Assembly: GCF_026210795.1 (NCBI RefSeq)
Contig: NC_089430.1
Span: 2,294,001 to 2,358,000, forward strand
Direction of reading: 5' to 3'
Length of the DNA: 64,000 nt
From: Rhizophagus irregularis
Lineage: Eukaryota
How positions within the stretch are numbered: the stretch's first letter is position 1; every line of letters begins with the position of its first letter. Positions 13,417 to 23,308 of the stretch are shown in pieces. Made by a program: the position numbers and the translations under genes. The notes below the pieces were generated by a model. That model did no database searches. It saw only the letters and a program-made list of their open reading frames with translations, and was not told the DNA's origin.

Positions 13417-14119
13417 ATCAAACATATGTATAGTTTTTTATCAAATTTATTGTTATTGTGTTAAATCTATTGATAATAGTACTTATAAGATATTTTAAAA
13501 CTTTCAGAGCTCTGGATTCTTATCATTTATCATTAAAATTACCGCCTCTTAAAATAGAACATTTTTTTGCAAAAAAGAAGTATAATAAGTACAAAGTACG
13601 ATAAGCTTCTAACTACTTTTTTCATAGGAAAAAAGTTTTTTTCTATAGCAATTTCATCTTCTTCAAGTTATTGTGTATTTGTTTGTATTTTTAAATATGA
13701 TTTAAAAGTTAATAAAATGTTATTTCTCAAATTTTAAGGATTTCAGCTTTTTTTAAAGGGAAGAAATATATGAAACTGACCTGATCAAATATAATCAGCA
13801 TTAAATTTTACACAAAAAAAAACTATTAATAGGAAGTTTGATTAGTCTATCTGCCACCCCAACGTGATATTATCATATTTTATGTAACGCTACATGGCGA
13901 TGGTGCTTAATTTTTATAAAATATTTCCTTACGATCAATTATTTATAATTTTATTAGATTATATTAAAGAGTATTTATTAATCATTATGTATAATCACTA
14001 GAAAATGAAAAAGTAAAGTTTAATTTAGTTATATAGTCGTCGGGCTGGTAGTGCGCCTCGCTACGCTCCTCCCACCTCGGCCTCACGGCCTCGCAGTACC
14101 TACATCCCCCTTCGTGGGG

Positions 14120-14535
14120 CAGGTTTACCTGCCACAGTACCATGGTCTGCCACGGTATTTTTCCACTTATTTTTTTTTCTACATTTTTTCTTATATATAA
14201 CTTACTATGACAACTATGGCAGCTATGGCAGACTACTTAAAAACGGAATAAAAACGCGAATAAAGCTGAAATCAGACAGAATCTCCTGCCATAGTACCTG
14301 CCATAGTACAAAAAACCTTATAATAATACTATGGCATCCTTAGTCAGCCCTTCAGACCCCAAAACCCGATTCACGCTATGATTACCATTTATATACTCAC
14401 CTAGACCCCCAAGTATGACCCCCCTATGTCCTGAACTATGGCAGCCAAACTATGGCACCCGAACTATGGCAGCCGAACTATGACCCCAAGTATGACCCCC
14501 CTATGTCCTGAACTATGGCACCCGAACTATGACCA
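14120..14535. repeat. Cluster of ACTATGGCA(G) direct and inverted repeats (iteron-like), candidate replication origin or terminus
   Basis: More than 10 copies or variants: CTGCCA(T/C)AGT inverted copies near 14129 and 14286-14308, ACTATGGCAG near 14214, 13-bp-period (G)AACTATGGCA(G/C)CC units at 14433-14533, and a duplicated ACCCCAAGTATGACCCCCCTATGTCCTGAACTATGGCA block. Confidence 0.8.
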
Positions 14536-14616
14536 CTTGCCCCCGTCAGAAAAAATATATTCGGCAATTGAAGATTAGGTAACTATAAATTAGTACTCGA
14601 TTTGATAGAACAAAAA

Positions 14617-16956
14617 ATGGCCGCTCAAGTTCCAGCAATCTTTAACCCCAACAACCGTTTCTTCTACGATGACCTTCTTAAAAAATGTGTAGGTACACAC
14701 ACGAAAGAAAGCGTTAATTCAGCAATCTTGGCTTCTGTGGCTTTCATCACCACAAAATTCGGCATGTGGATTAGAAAAAAGAAGGCTTACAATGGAAGCA
14801 TATACTTCGAGTTCGCCGCAGATCTTAAGGGGATTTCTACTAAGCACAAGGTAATTATTCGGTCAGATACCGGAGAAGACAGTGACGCGACCACATCCAC
14901 CAAATTAAAGGATCTTCTTCTTCAAGCATCAATCACAAAGATCTGTTATACAGATGTAAACTTCATGCCTTATTCCCCAAACGCGCCAAAGTATAATCCT
15001 GAATTCTTCAATCTCTTCCTAGGTTTCAGGGCCCAACCCGCTGAGCGCATCAAACCAAACCTAGTTAATCCAATCATCCGACACGTTCATGAGGTATGGT
15101 GTGCAGAGGACAAGCAATTAACCATATACATCATCAACTGGCTCACATTTCTAATTCAAAATCCAGACAAAAAACCCGGTACAGCAATTATCATGTGCAG
15201 TCCCCCCAGATGTGGTAAGAATATCTTAACCGATTTTATCGGAGAACGTATTCTCGGCCGTGAAAATTTCCTCTCCACTACCCGTCTTGAAGATGTAATG
15301 GGAAGGTTCAATGCGGCTGTTCGTGCCAAAAAACTTATCATCCTCAATGAATGCGATATGTCAGGCAAGGAATGGCACGGGGCAAACAACCGACTCAAGA
15401 GTTTAATCACCGAGCCTTACATCTCTATTGAGGAAAAGGGGATAGATGCGAAGGTTATTGATGACTTTGCTGGCTACATGATCCTCAGTAATCATGCTAT
15501 GCCAATCCGCATAGAAATGGGAGATGAAAGATTTGTAGCTCTCAACGTCTCAGCCAAATATAAGGGCAATAGAGAATACTTCGGTTCTCTCGTAAAAGTA
15601 TTAGAAAATCCGGATACAGCCAGTTCCTTCATGTCCTATCTACTTAGCCGAGACTTAACTGGCTTCAATCCCCGATATATTCCTGATACTCAAATGAAAC
15701 GGGAGTTAATCAAAGCAAGTATCCCGAATCCCCAGCGTTTTATACAATATTACCTTGAAATGATGTGGCCCGACAATTGCGACACACTTGAAATCCCGTG
15801 TACAAATTTCTATAGCACTTACCAGAATTGGTGCAGTGAGAAGGGTGAAAACAAAACACTAAGTGACAATAAATTCGGTATGGAGATTAAACAATTTGCC
15901 CCTAAAATGCGTGTAAGCCGCTCAGGTACCCGAATAAACTATTATATACTAGATAAAGCAAAAATCGTGGAGAATTTTAGTAAAGTAATCCAAGATGTAC
16001 AAGACGTACAGGAAGCACCAGTAGAGGGAGTAGAGTTAGTTGCCGAGAAACCTGCTGAGGAAAAACCCGCACCTGTAATTCGCAAGACTCCTCCACCGCT
16101 TCCACCCAAGCCTGACCACTTAAAAGAACGTCTACAAGAGTTAAGGGAAGAAAAACCGTCTGCCCCTGAGCTAGATGACTACGACGTCTTAGACGACTTG
16201 TTATCAGACTCGGATTCTACAACCGCAAACCCAGTTCCTGAAAAACTGTCTGCCCCCGAGCCAGATAACTATGACATCTTAGACGACTTATTATCAGACT
16301 CGGATTTTACAACCGTGGACTCAACTCCTGAACAACAACCCGAGTCTCCCGCAGAATCTTCTGCATCTGTCACTAAGCCTGACCCAGAATCTGACACAGA
16401 ACCAGAAGTCGATCAGGACCCTGAACCAAAGGAAGGTACTCGAGCACACTGGGCTTGGCATGAAAGGCGTTGATGGGATCGCAAGCCATGGGTTAAAAAT
16501 TCAAAGGACCAGGCCTTTGATGATCTCTACAATACAGGTAAGGAATTATGGGCCAAGTATCAAGACGCGTCAGACGAGTATGACTGGGAAATTCTCGCGT
16601 TTGAAGTAGAGGAATATCACACAACACGTATTGAGGATAAGTACCAGTACTACTTTAGGGATGTAGTAGACCGCTTCAAGGACTGGATTGAATATAATAG
16701 ATACTTATCTAAAACACCTAGCTGTAAAGAACTCGCGGATTTAATAAGAGTATACAAGGATAATCGTGATGCTGAGATTATCCTCAACCCTTCTGGTTAT
16801 GAAACTATGAGAGCAGATAAGGGTAAAACACGAGAGATCCCCGAGGAACGTCCAAAGACTAATATGGAACGTGAATGGGAGACCGCCAATGGACTCATAG
16901 ACGAGTTTGATGATGAGTATTTTGATGAGGTCCGTGATATGATTGACTCCATTTAA
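14617..16956 (+). pseudogene. D5-like superfamily-3 helicase with acidic/proline-rich C-terminal extension; premature TGA at 16471-16473
   Basis: FNLFLGF pre-helicase motif, Walker A SPPRCGKN, Walker B LIILNE, motif C MILSN, and a C-terminal winged-helix-like 'FYSTYQNWC...KFG'. The frame stays open after the TGA to TAA at 16954-16956. No N-terminal primase motifs recognised. Confidence 0.85.
16149..16330 (+). repeat. 90-bp (30-aa) tandem duplication inside the helicase tail
   Basis: EKPSAPELDDYDVLDDLLSDSDSTTANPVP / EKLSAPEPDNYDILDDLLSDSDFTTVDSTP. Confidence 0.9.
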
Positions 16957-17063
16957 TAAGATAAGTGACGTGTAATTATCTTATATTTTTTGTCCTAAAT
17001 TATCCTACACTCATTATAAAGAAAAGCTATATTACAATTGAAAGACAATTCATAGTATATCAA

Positions 17064-18919
17064 ATGACTCATTCAAAAATTGCACGCGCCTTACCAACAT
17101 GACCTGACATCAAGGAACTCCAGTTTTCTGGTGCCCGCTTTTCCAGAGGAGCAATAGCAAGACTCAGTCAGCGACTCCAATTCCAATATCCAAATTGTAA
17201 ATTCCAGATTTTACTTCCCTATGAAAACTGGAAACCCGGTAGATGGACATCAGGAAATGAACCGGTAAGTCTCTTTTCACTGTTAGACCATTATGATGAA
17301 GCACAACTACCGGATGACGCAGACCCCGATTATTTCGAACGATTTATAATTTATATAAGAGACGCTCCACCGGCCACAGGGAGGATGCGATGGGAGCTAA
17401 ATGATTGCCTATATGAATGCCTGAAATATATCTATGGCACATTTTCTAAAATACCGAAGTCAATTGAAAAGCCCGAGTATATCAAAAAGGCATTAGGTCT
17501 CAATCGCGATGCTCCCATCCCAGTTTCATGCATGGACAAGGTCGAACAACTCGCAGGAAGTCTCGCAATTAATATTGTGGGGGACATTACCCGAATCTCT
17601 AAGAGTAAGTCTGATAGACGTGTAACACTCATCCTGTCAGAAGGCCATTACTCCCTCGCGTTAAATCCCGGAAGACTCTACCCCAGTAAAATAGATAGAA
17701 AGCGTAATTTACCCATTGTATACCATGAAGATGGAACCAATAATGTAGTCACAATATACAACGGCAAAACGGTTAAGTCTTGCACAATTGGGCAGTTTCA
17801 AAAAACTAAGAATTCCAAGAGTTCCTTTATCTCTGTTGAGAAAAACCGTAAAATGGGAATATATGAAACTCTTGAAGAAGCATATCAGAGAATCCACGAG
17901 AAGCGGGATGTCTTTTTACAGGAGACAAAGAAGTTCAGTTTAGGAATCGACTTATCATACCATAACTGGTCTTACAAAAGAACGGCTCTCTGGTTATTCG
18001 AACGATTTAGTGTAGGGATTCTAGCCAATGATCCTCTTGACCCGATAGAAGCAGAGTGGTTAAGTAATGCAATGATGGGAGGATTAATCTGGGCAGATAA
18101 CGAGTGGAAGGGCTATGGAAGACAGTACGACGCAACAAGTTTATACCCAAGTATCCAACAATCGAATGCGAACTTTCCAATCAGACAGAGGTGAAATTCC
18201 AGACACTTAATGACTTTGTTGACCGCAGGGGTTATGCCTTGTATGGATTATTCCGTGCTAAGGTAAGTGGGAATAATATTCTCTTCCGACAGAATAAAAG
18301 GGGAATCTATACATTCATCGACTTACAACGAGCAAAAAAACTTGGTCTCAATATACAGTTAATACAGGATGGGAAGCCAAATGCATTGATATATGATAGA
18401 GAAGCGAGAATCCCTGGAAATGTAATATTCGGTGAGTATATACACTTCCTCTTCAAAATTAAAAACCAGGGTGGCGTAGCTGGCCGCGTAGCAAAGCGAG
18501 TCCTCAACACATTATGGGGAGCATTATGCCAGAGGAAGCGTAATTACAAGACACTCACCACAGATCAAACAGACCCATTTACATTTCCAGAGGGCCATAC
18601 ACTCGACTCTATCATACCAGTAGGATCTGACCAGCGGCGATTCCAGTTTACAAACCCGGGTAATCCCTTCAAAGGTGAGTATCCCAGGATCGCCCCATTC
18701 TTATTAGCACATGGTCGCAAAATCACATCTGAGGTAATTCAACCATACAAGGATAAAGTACGATGTATCCATACAGACGGATTTATTTTAGAAGAACAGC
18801 CAGATAGCCCCGCGCTTTTCACTTGTTCAGAGAATGCAGATACGACTCTAAAGACTTTCAAGTTTGAAACCGCGGGATACTGCCATGTGAAAAATGCGAA
18901 CAAGGTTATCTGGACATGA
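17064..18919 (+). pseudogene. Family-B DNA polymerase (protein-primed-like, compact), with stop at 17100-17102 and frameshift near 18190
   Basis: ATG 17064 is in frame with ORF 17385-18194. Motifs: MMGG, motif A YDATSLYPS, motif B KRVLNTLWG, motif C-like IHTDGF. N-terminal NDCL...GHY module. About 620 codons in total. Confidence 0.85.
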
Positions 18920-18970
18920 TTGCTAAGAACTGGTAGGTTTATTTTTTACCGACATACCGTGATGGCATAA

Positions 18971-19507
18971 TTGAATAAACCTATAGAACATGTAATCTTA
19001 CGAGATACCCAAATGCAAAACACTGACGGATTAGGTAGACAAGACGATGAAAGTTTCCACACGTGGGCTAGGCGCATTCAGAATGCTGTGCAATATTATG
19101 ATACTTGTAGTAGAATAGGTTTTCATAAGCGGTCACCTTATCCAAGGTCTCGTCAAGATGTATATGCTTATATTGTGCACATTAGGAGAATAGTATCACA
19201 ACTACCAAATAGGTGGTACTGTACCTACTGTAAATCTTTTATTGATCGCGGATGGGGAGCCGACGCTTCTATGGATCAAGCAGTACGACTACATTTATAT
19301 AGTTGCTCAAAGCATTTTAATTTCGACTATTATACTCATCATGCTGAAATGATCCAGAAAGCCTTTAGGAGATATATAGAAAGAAGGAACAATAAAGCGG
19401 CTAGGAATATCCAGAAAGTCGCTATCCCCTGGTTGTATAGACCAGGCTCTCCATTGATACAAAAGGCCGAGCAACGCTTCTACTGCCTTGCAGTATCCCA
19501 AGTGTAA
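18971..19507 (+). CDS. Hypothetical protein with CxxC..H..C zinc-binding-like motif and IQ-like repeats (likely ATG near 19013)
   Basis: WYCTYC...HLYSC; MIQKAFRRY and NIQKVAIPWLYRPG. Confidence 0.6.
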   Translation: MNKPIEHVILRDTQMQNTDGLGRQDDESFHTWARRIQNAVQYYDTCSRIGFHKRSPYPRSRQDVYAYIVHIRRIVSQLPNRWYCTYCKSFIDRGWGADASMDQAVRLHLYSCSKHFNFDYYTHHAEMIQKAFRRYIERRNNKAARNIQKVAIPWLYRPGSPLIQKAEQRFYCLAVSQV

Positions 19508-19589
19508 ACCCTGAGGTTCATATTTATTTTTTCTCGTTCTAATGAACAGGTAACTGAAGATTCATATTTATTACAAAGTACAAAGAATC

Positions 19590-20060
19590 ATGTCGACATA
19601 TATCGAATTCGCAAGCATTGCTAACAGCACTGACAGCACTAGTGAGGAGGTTATTTATGAGGCATCGCGCATTCAGCCTAATGTTGTCTCTGACGAAACT
19701 GTCCCCAAGATTATCCGCGCATTAAAAGATACTATAGTAGTCGCATTAGTATCTGGGTTTAGCAAAACCAGTTACCTCGTCCAGGACCACGTGAAGTATA
19801 TCAAGCGAATCCAGACGGCAAATTCTCCTGTATCATACGTGAAGTTCGTGGCCAGAAAACTCTTCCCAGATAATGCGGCATATACTGCTAAGATAGCAAA
19901 AATCCGCGAATCATACAAGAATAAACAAGCTCTCCTAGATAAGCTTGAGGCCCTCTTCGAATTGTATTATAATGCGACTAAGGACTCATCAACCGGTCCC
20001 CCAAAGCGAGCTATTACTAAAAACGAGGCTGAGAAAACCTTAACAGAACTTCTTGCATAA
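19590..20060 (+). CDS. Hypothetical helical protein (156 aa)
   Basis: Clean ATG-TAA ORF, co-oriented within the replicon cassette. No motif recognised. Confidence 0.6.
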   Translation: MSTYIEFASIANSTDSTSEEVIYEASRIQPNVVSDETVPKIIRALKDTIVVALVSGFSKTSYLVQDHVKYIKRIQTANSPVSYVKFVARKLFPDNAAYTAKIAKIRESYKNKQALLDKLEALFELYYNATKDSSTGPPKRAITKNEAEKTLTELLA

Positions 20061-20169
20061 GCGCTTCCTGTGGTCCTACGATCCTATACGAATTTAGTCT
20101 ATATTTTTTATCCATGTGTAATAGGCATACAGTAATTGAAGATAGCTATAGTATAAGTAACATAACATC

Positions 20170-20576
20170 ATGTTGGACCGATTACCAGTAGAAATAGTCG
20201 AACGCATTGTCGCAAAGATTCCGGATACTGACCTTATTGCAGCGAGTAAGGTAGATAGAGTGCATGGTGGCGGGAAGTTCGTCGAGAGGCATATAAGAGG
20301 TGGAAAAATTATGCCACTACGATCAGAGATGTGTACTGTGAAATCCGAGCTCTCGGAAAGCATTATATAAAGAGGAAAATTGACTGGATAACGTTTGAAG
20401 ATGTAAACGACCTCTATAAAAGATGGATAAACCGCCTTACCGAGGATCAGCTTTATATTATGGAGAAAATGCTTAGGAATGGGATGGTCGTGGACCCCCA
20501 AGAGAGGGAAACCATAGAGTATGCATTAAGTGAACAAAGATGGGGAGGCGATCCTTGGGGACTGGGAGTGGTATGA
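20170..20576 (+). pseudogene. Small F-box-like protein, frameshifted near 20260
   Basis: MLDRLPVEIVERIVAKIPDTDLIAASKVDRV continues, after a frame change, as WWREVRREAYKRW...YCEIRALG. This fits the F-box consensus LP.EI...I...L...DL.....V.R.W. Confidence 0.65.
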
Positions 20577-20929
20577 ATGGACTCAACAGGAGTAAGCATT
20601 TTGTACTTGACTTTCGTAGGAATTACCCTGCAGAGTCATATTTTTTAGATCCGGCCGGCATTACCGCGTAATCCCGAATTACCGAAAAAGGAAATTTATG
20701 TTACACAAGATTCCAAACGCATTTTTACCAAAATCGATTCTTGTGGAACGGGTATCGCCCAAAAAGGAAATGATCTACGTACCCGCATGAAGTCACATGA
20801 CATCGAAATTATTAGATCGAGACATCGTGTCCCGATCTCAAAGTTTAGCACTTTTTTTATACACTGTACTGTAAAAAATTCCACGGTTTTTCCATGAATG
20901 CGTTTTAGGCCAATAATCCAATAACTTAT

Positions 20930-21018
20930 TCATCAGGTATCCTCGTGTTTCACAACAAGGACTGATGACCATGTAACCTCATCATCAGGTATTCTTGTAT
21001 TTTTTGATAATGACTGAT
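20930..21018. repeat. Two related 39-bp units with TCATCAG...CTGAT(GA) inverted ends; the second is the insertion site of the LINE array
   Basis: TCATCAG-gtatcctcgtgtttcacaacaagga-CTGATGA (20930-20968) and TCATCAG-gtattcttgtattttttgataatga-CTGAT (20982-21018), both with 25-nt cores. Confidence 0.8.
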
Positions 21019-21125
21019 AGATCTCTTACCGCTGATCTATTAACCAAAAATTTTCGGAAAGAAAATTTTATATCTTCGTACTAACAACTCTTATATTTTA
21101 TTTTACCCAACTCATACCTTCTAAC

Positions 21126-23261
21126 ATGTCTGGTAGAAACCTTGCTAGAAGAGGTGGCGGCAGCTATAATCCTAATAGTAATAAGACTGCTCGTCAAGAA
21201 AAGAAAAATAACAAAAAACAACTCTCTGATAATTCTGGTTCTGATAGTGATAACAATACTCAAAAACGTTCCCGTATATTTACTAAAGACTCCATGGATG
21301 AAGACTATGAAGATTTCGTTGCCGACGCGCCGGCTGACGGTGGTTTAGTTGGTTCAACTTCGACCGCTATTCCTCAACAAAATAATTCCCGCAGCACTAC
21401 CCAAGAAAATACTCAAGCTTCTACCCCGAATAATTCTGCTGCGCCTACTGCGCCTGGCCAAGACGCGTCCTCTGGTGCTAACGCGTCTATTCATGCACCA
21501 AGAAACAAAGAAAACAACTCATCCCCTAGCGCGTCCCCTAATATGGACGTAAATGATGGTACATCGCCCGATCAGGCTGTAGATCCCTCCCCTACTATTA
21601 CCATTAATCGTCAAGATTTCCTGGCTGCGGCTGCGCCCAACTCCGCTCCCCAAACTCTAGAGAAACTTAAAACTAATAAGGCAATTATAGATGCCGTTAA
21701 TAATTTATTTTTAGAAACGTATGAATCGTATACCGGTCGGGCTCGTATGACTGGTTCAGGGGACGCTAAGCGTCTCATCATACATTTTCATACTGCGGAG
21801 GCTCGTGACTTGTGTGTTGGAAGCACTCACTCCGATTTTCCGGACCTACAATTCCACCTGTACGACCCTAAACAGCTCCGGTCCGATGAAGACCTCCGTG
21901 CAATTCAAGTCACGGATATACCGTTCTTCATTACTAAACCGCAACTCCAATCCTACTTCAAGAAATTCGGCAATCTCCTTGCCCTCCATCTTTACTCAAG
22001 GAAAGGTGCTAAGATGCAACAAGCTCGCATTGTCTATGATCATGCTGATGCCATCTCCCGTTTCACAACTCAATGGGCCGTTTACTGCTTTTCCACCTGC
22101 TTACGTGTTACCCCTTGCCATTACTCTTTAGAACAAAAAGCTGCTCGTAGAGCGTTCGTAGCTGTTCTCTCCGAACTTCCCGCTAATACCAAAGATATCC
22201 ATCTCGCTCCTTTGGTCAAAGAACATGGAGCAAAAGCTATTAACATTCCCCTTTCCCTAAATTCTTATAAACCCAAGCCTTGGGCTTATGTTACCTTCAA
22301 CTCGCAAGAGACAATGGATGCCGCTATGGAACAGACTATTGGTTTCCAAGGTCGTACTCTTCGATGGGGTACATCCAACAATTCGAAAGCTCTTTGCCAC
22401 CGATGTGGTAAACTCGGTTGTGCTCCTACCTCCTGTCCGCTTAACCAACGCCGTGGTCGTTCACGTACACGTGACCCTGTGGCTGCTCTTAAAGAACGCT
22501 TCAATATTGGCCAAAGGCCCACCCAACAAAGAACGCCGCGCAATAATTCTCGATCTCGATCTCGATCTAAATCTCGGGATCGTTCTGCTTCAGCTCAGCA
22601 TTCTAATTCCAACTCCAATAGACCTAATAATAATAATTCCAATATTAATGCTAAGCCCTCCTCCTCCTCTGGCTCAGCTAACTCCTCCTCAACTGCTCAT
22701 GGACGTACACCTTCCAACAACCGTAAAGGCAAAGATAGATCTGTTTCCTTTTCGTCCAATGCTCGTGCTCCACTCCCGGATCCGAATTCTCCTAATGCTC
22801 TTGAGGCTGCCCTTAAGATTCTTAATGTTTTAAAGAATCTTCAACAAGATGTTGCTCGAGTGGAATCCCGCATTTCACATCTTGAACTTAACAATCAACG
22901 GCTATCTGCTATTGAAGCCCATTTAGGCATCGATCCTCCCTTTGCACCTGTCGTTAATACTGAACCTGATCGAATGGAAGAAGACCCTCCTGAAACCACT
23001 GGCACCTTAATCCAGCATCCCAATGCTCCTTTATCTGCCGGTTCACTGAAATCCTCTTCCTCTGCATCTACACCCAACAAAACCCCACACTCTGCTTCTG
23101 CATCCACTTCTAACCCTTCCCCGCAAGACGAATTGAACTCCGTTATTCAAGATCAAAAAGCGATTAAAGATACTTTACAATCGCTCACTGGTTCCATCCA
23201 AGGTTTTATTGCTTCTCTTGGTGGTTCTCCCTCCGATCGAGCTTCTGCTCTTTCGCAATAA
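21126..23261 (+). CDS. LINE ORF1 (gag-like: RRM-like domains, Cx2Cx4Cx4C knuckle, RS-rich region, coiled coil), copy 1, intact
   Basis: RAIQVTDIPFF..YFKKFGNL, PWAYVTFNS, CHRCGKLGCAPTSC, SRSRSRSKSR, LQQDVARVESRISHLELNN. Confidence 0.9.
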   Translation: MSGRNLARRGGGSYNPNSNKTARQEKKNNKKQLSDNSGSDSDNNTQKRSRIFTKDSMDEDYEDFVADAPADGGLVGSTSTAIPQQNNSRSTTQENTQASTPNNSAAPTAPGQDASSGANASIHAPRNKENNSSPSASPNMDVNDGTSPDQAVDPSPTITINRQDFLAAAAPNSAPQTLEKLKTNKAIIDAVNNLFLETYESYTGRARMTGSGDAKRLIIHFHTAEARDLCVGSTHSDFPDLQFHLYDPKQLRSDEDLRAIQVTDIPFFITKPQLQSYFKKFGNLLALHLYSRKGAKMQQARIVYDHADAISRFTTQWAVYCFSTCLRVTPCHYSLEQKAARRAFVAVLSELPANTKDIHLAPLVKEHGAKAINIPLSLNSYKPKPWAYVTFNSQETMDAAMEQTIGFQGRTLRWGTSNNSKALCHRCGKLGCAPTSCPLNQRRGRSRTRDPVAALKERFNIGQRPTQQRTPRNNSRSRSRSKSRDRSASAQHSNSNSNRPNNNNSNINAKPSSSSGSANSSSTAHGRTPSNNRKGKDRSVSFSSNARAPLPDPNSPNALEAALKILNVLKNLQQDVARVESRISHLELNNQRLSAIEAHLGIDPPFAPVVNTEPDRMEEDPPETTGTLIQHPNAPLSAGSLKSSSSASTPNKTPHSASASTSNPSPQDELNSVIQDQKAIKDTLQSLTGSIQGFIASLGGSPSDRASALSQ

Positions 23262-23308
23262 CTGATTTCTCACTTCCTTCCCCCGTACTTTATTATCATT
23301 GTGTTCTA

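Larger units (their letters stand above)
14040..20640 (+). mobile_element. Endogenised virus/linear-plasmid-like replicon (SF3 helicase + minimal PolB + 3 small ORFs); boundaries approximate
   Basis: Five co-oriented intronless ORFs with ~50-110-bp spacers, visibly higher GC than flanking host DNA, replication genes of viral/Polinton type, and upstream iterons. No capsid, packaging ATPase or integrase recognised. Confidence 0.7.

Noticed and set aside
20860..20885. CACTGTACTGTAAAAAA as a CACTA/Tc1 terminus
   Set aside because: No matching opposite terminus or transposase found in the window.
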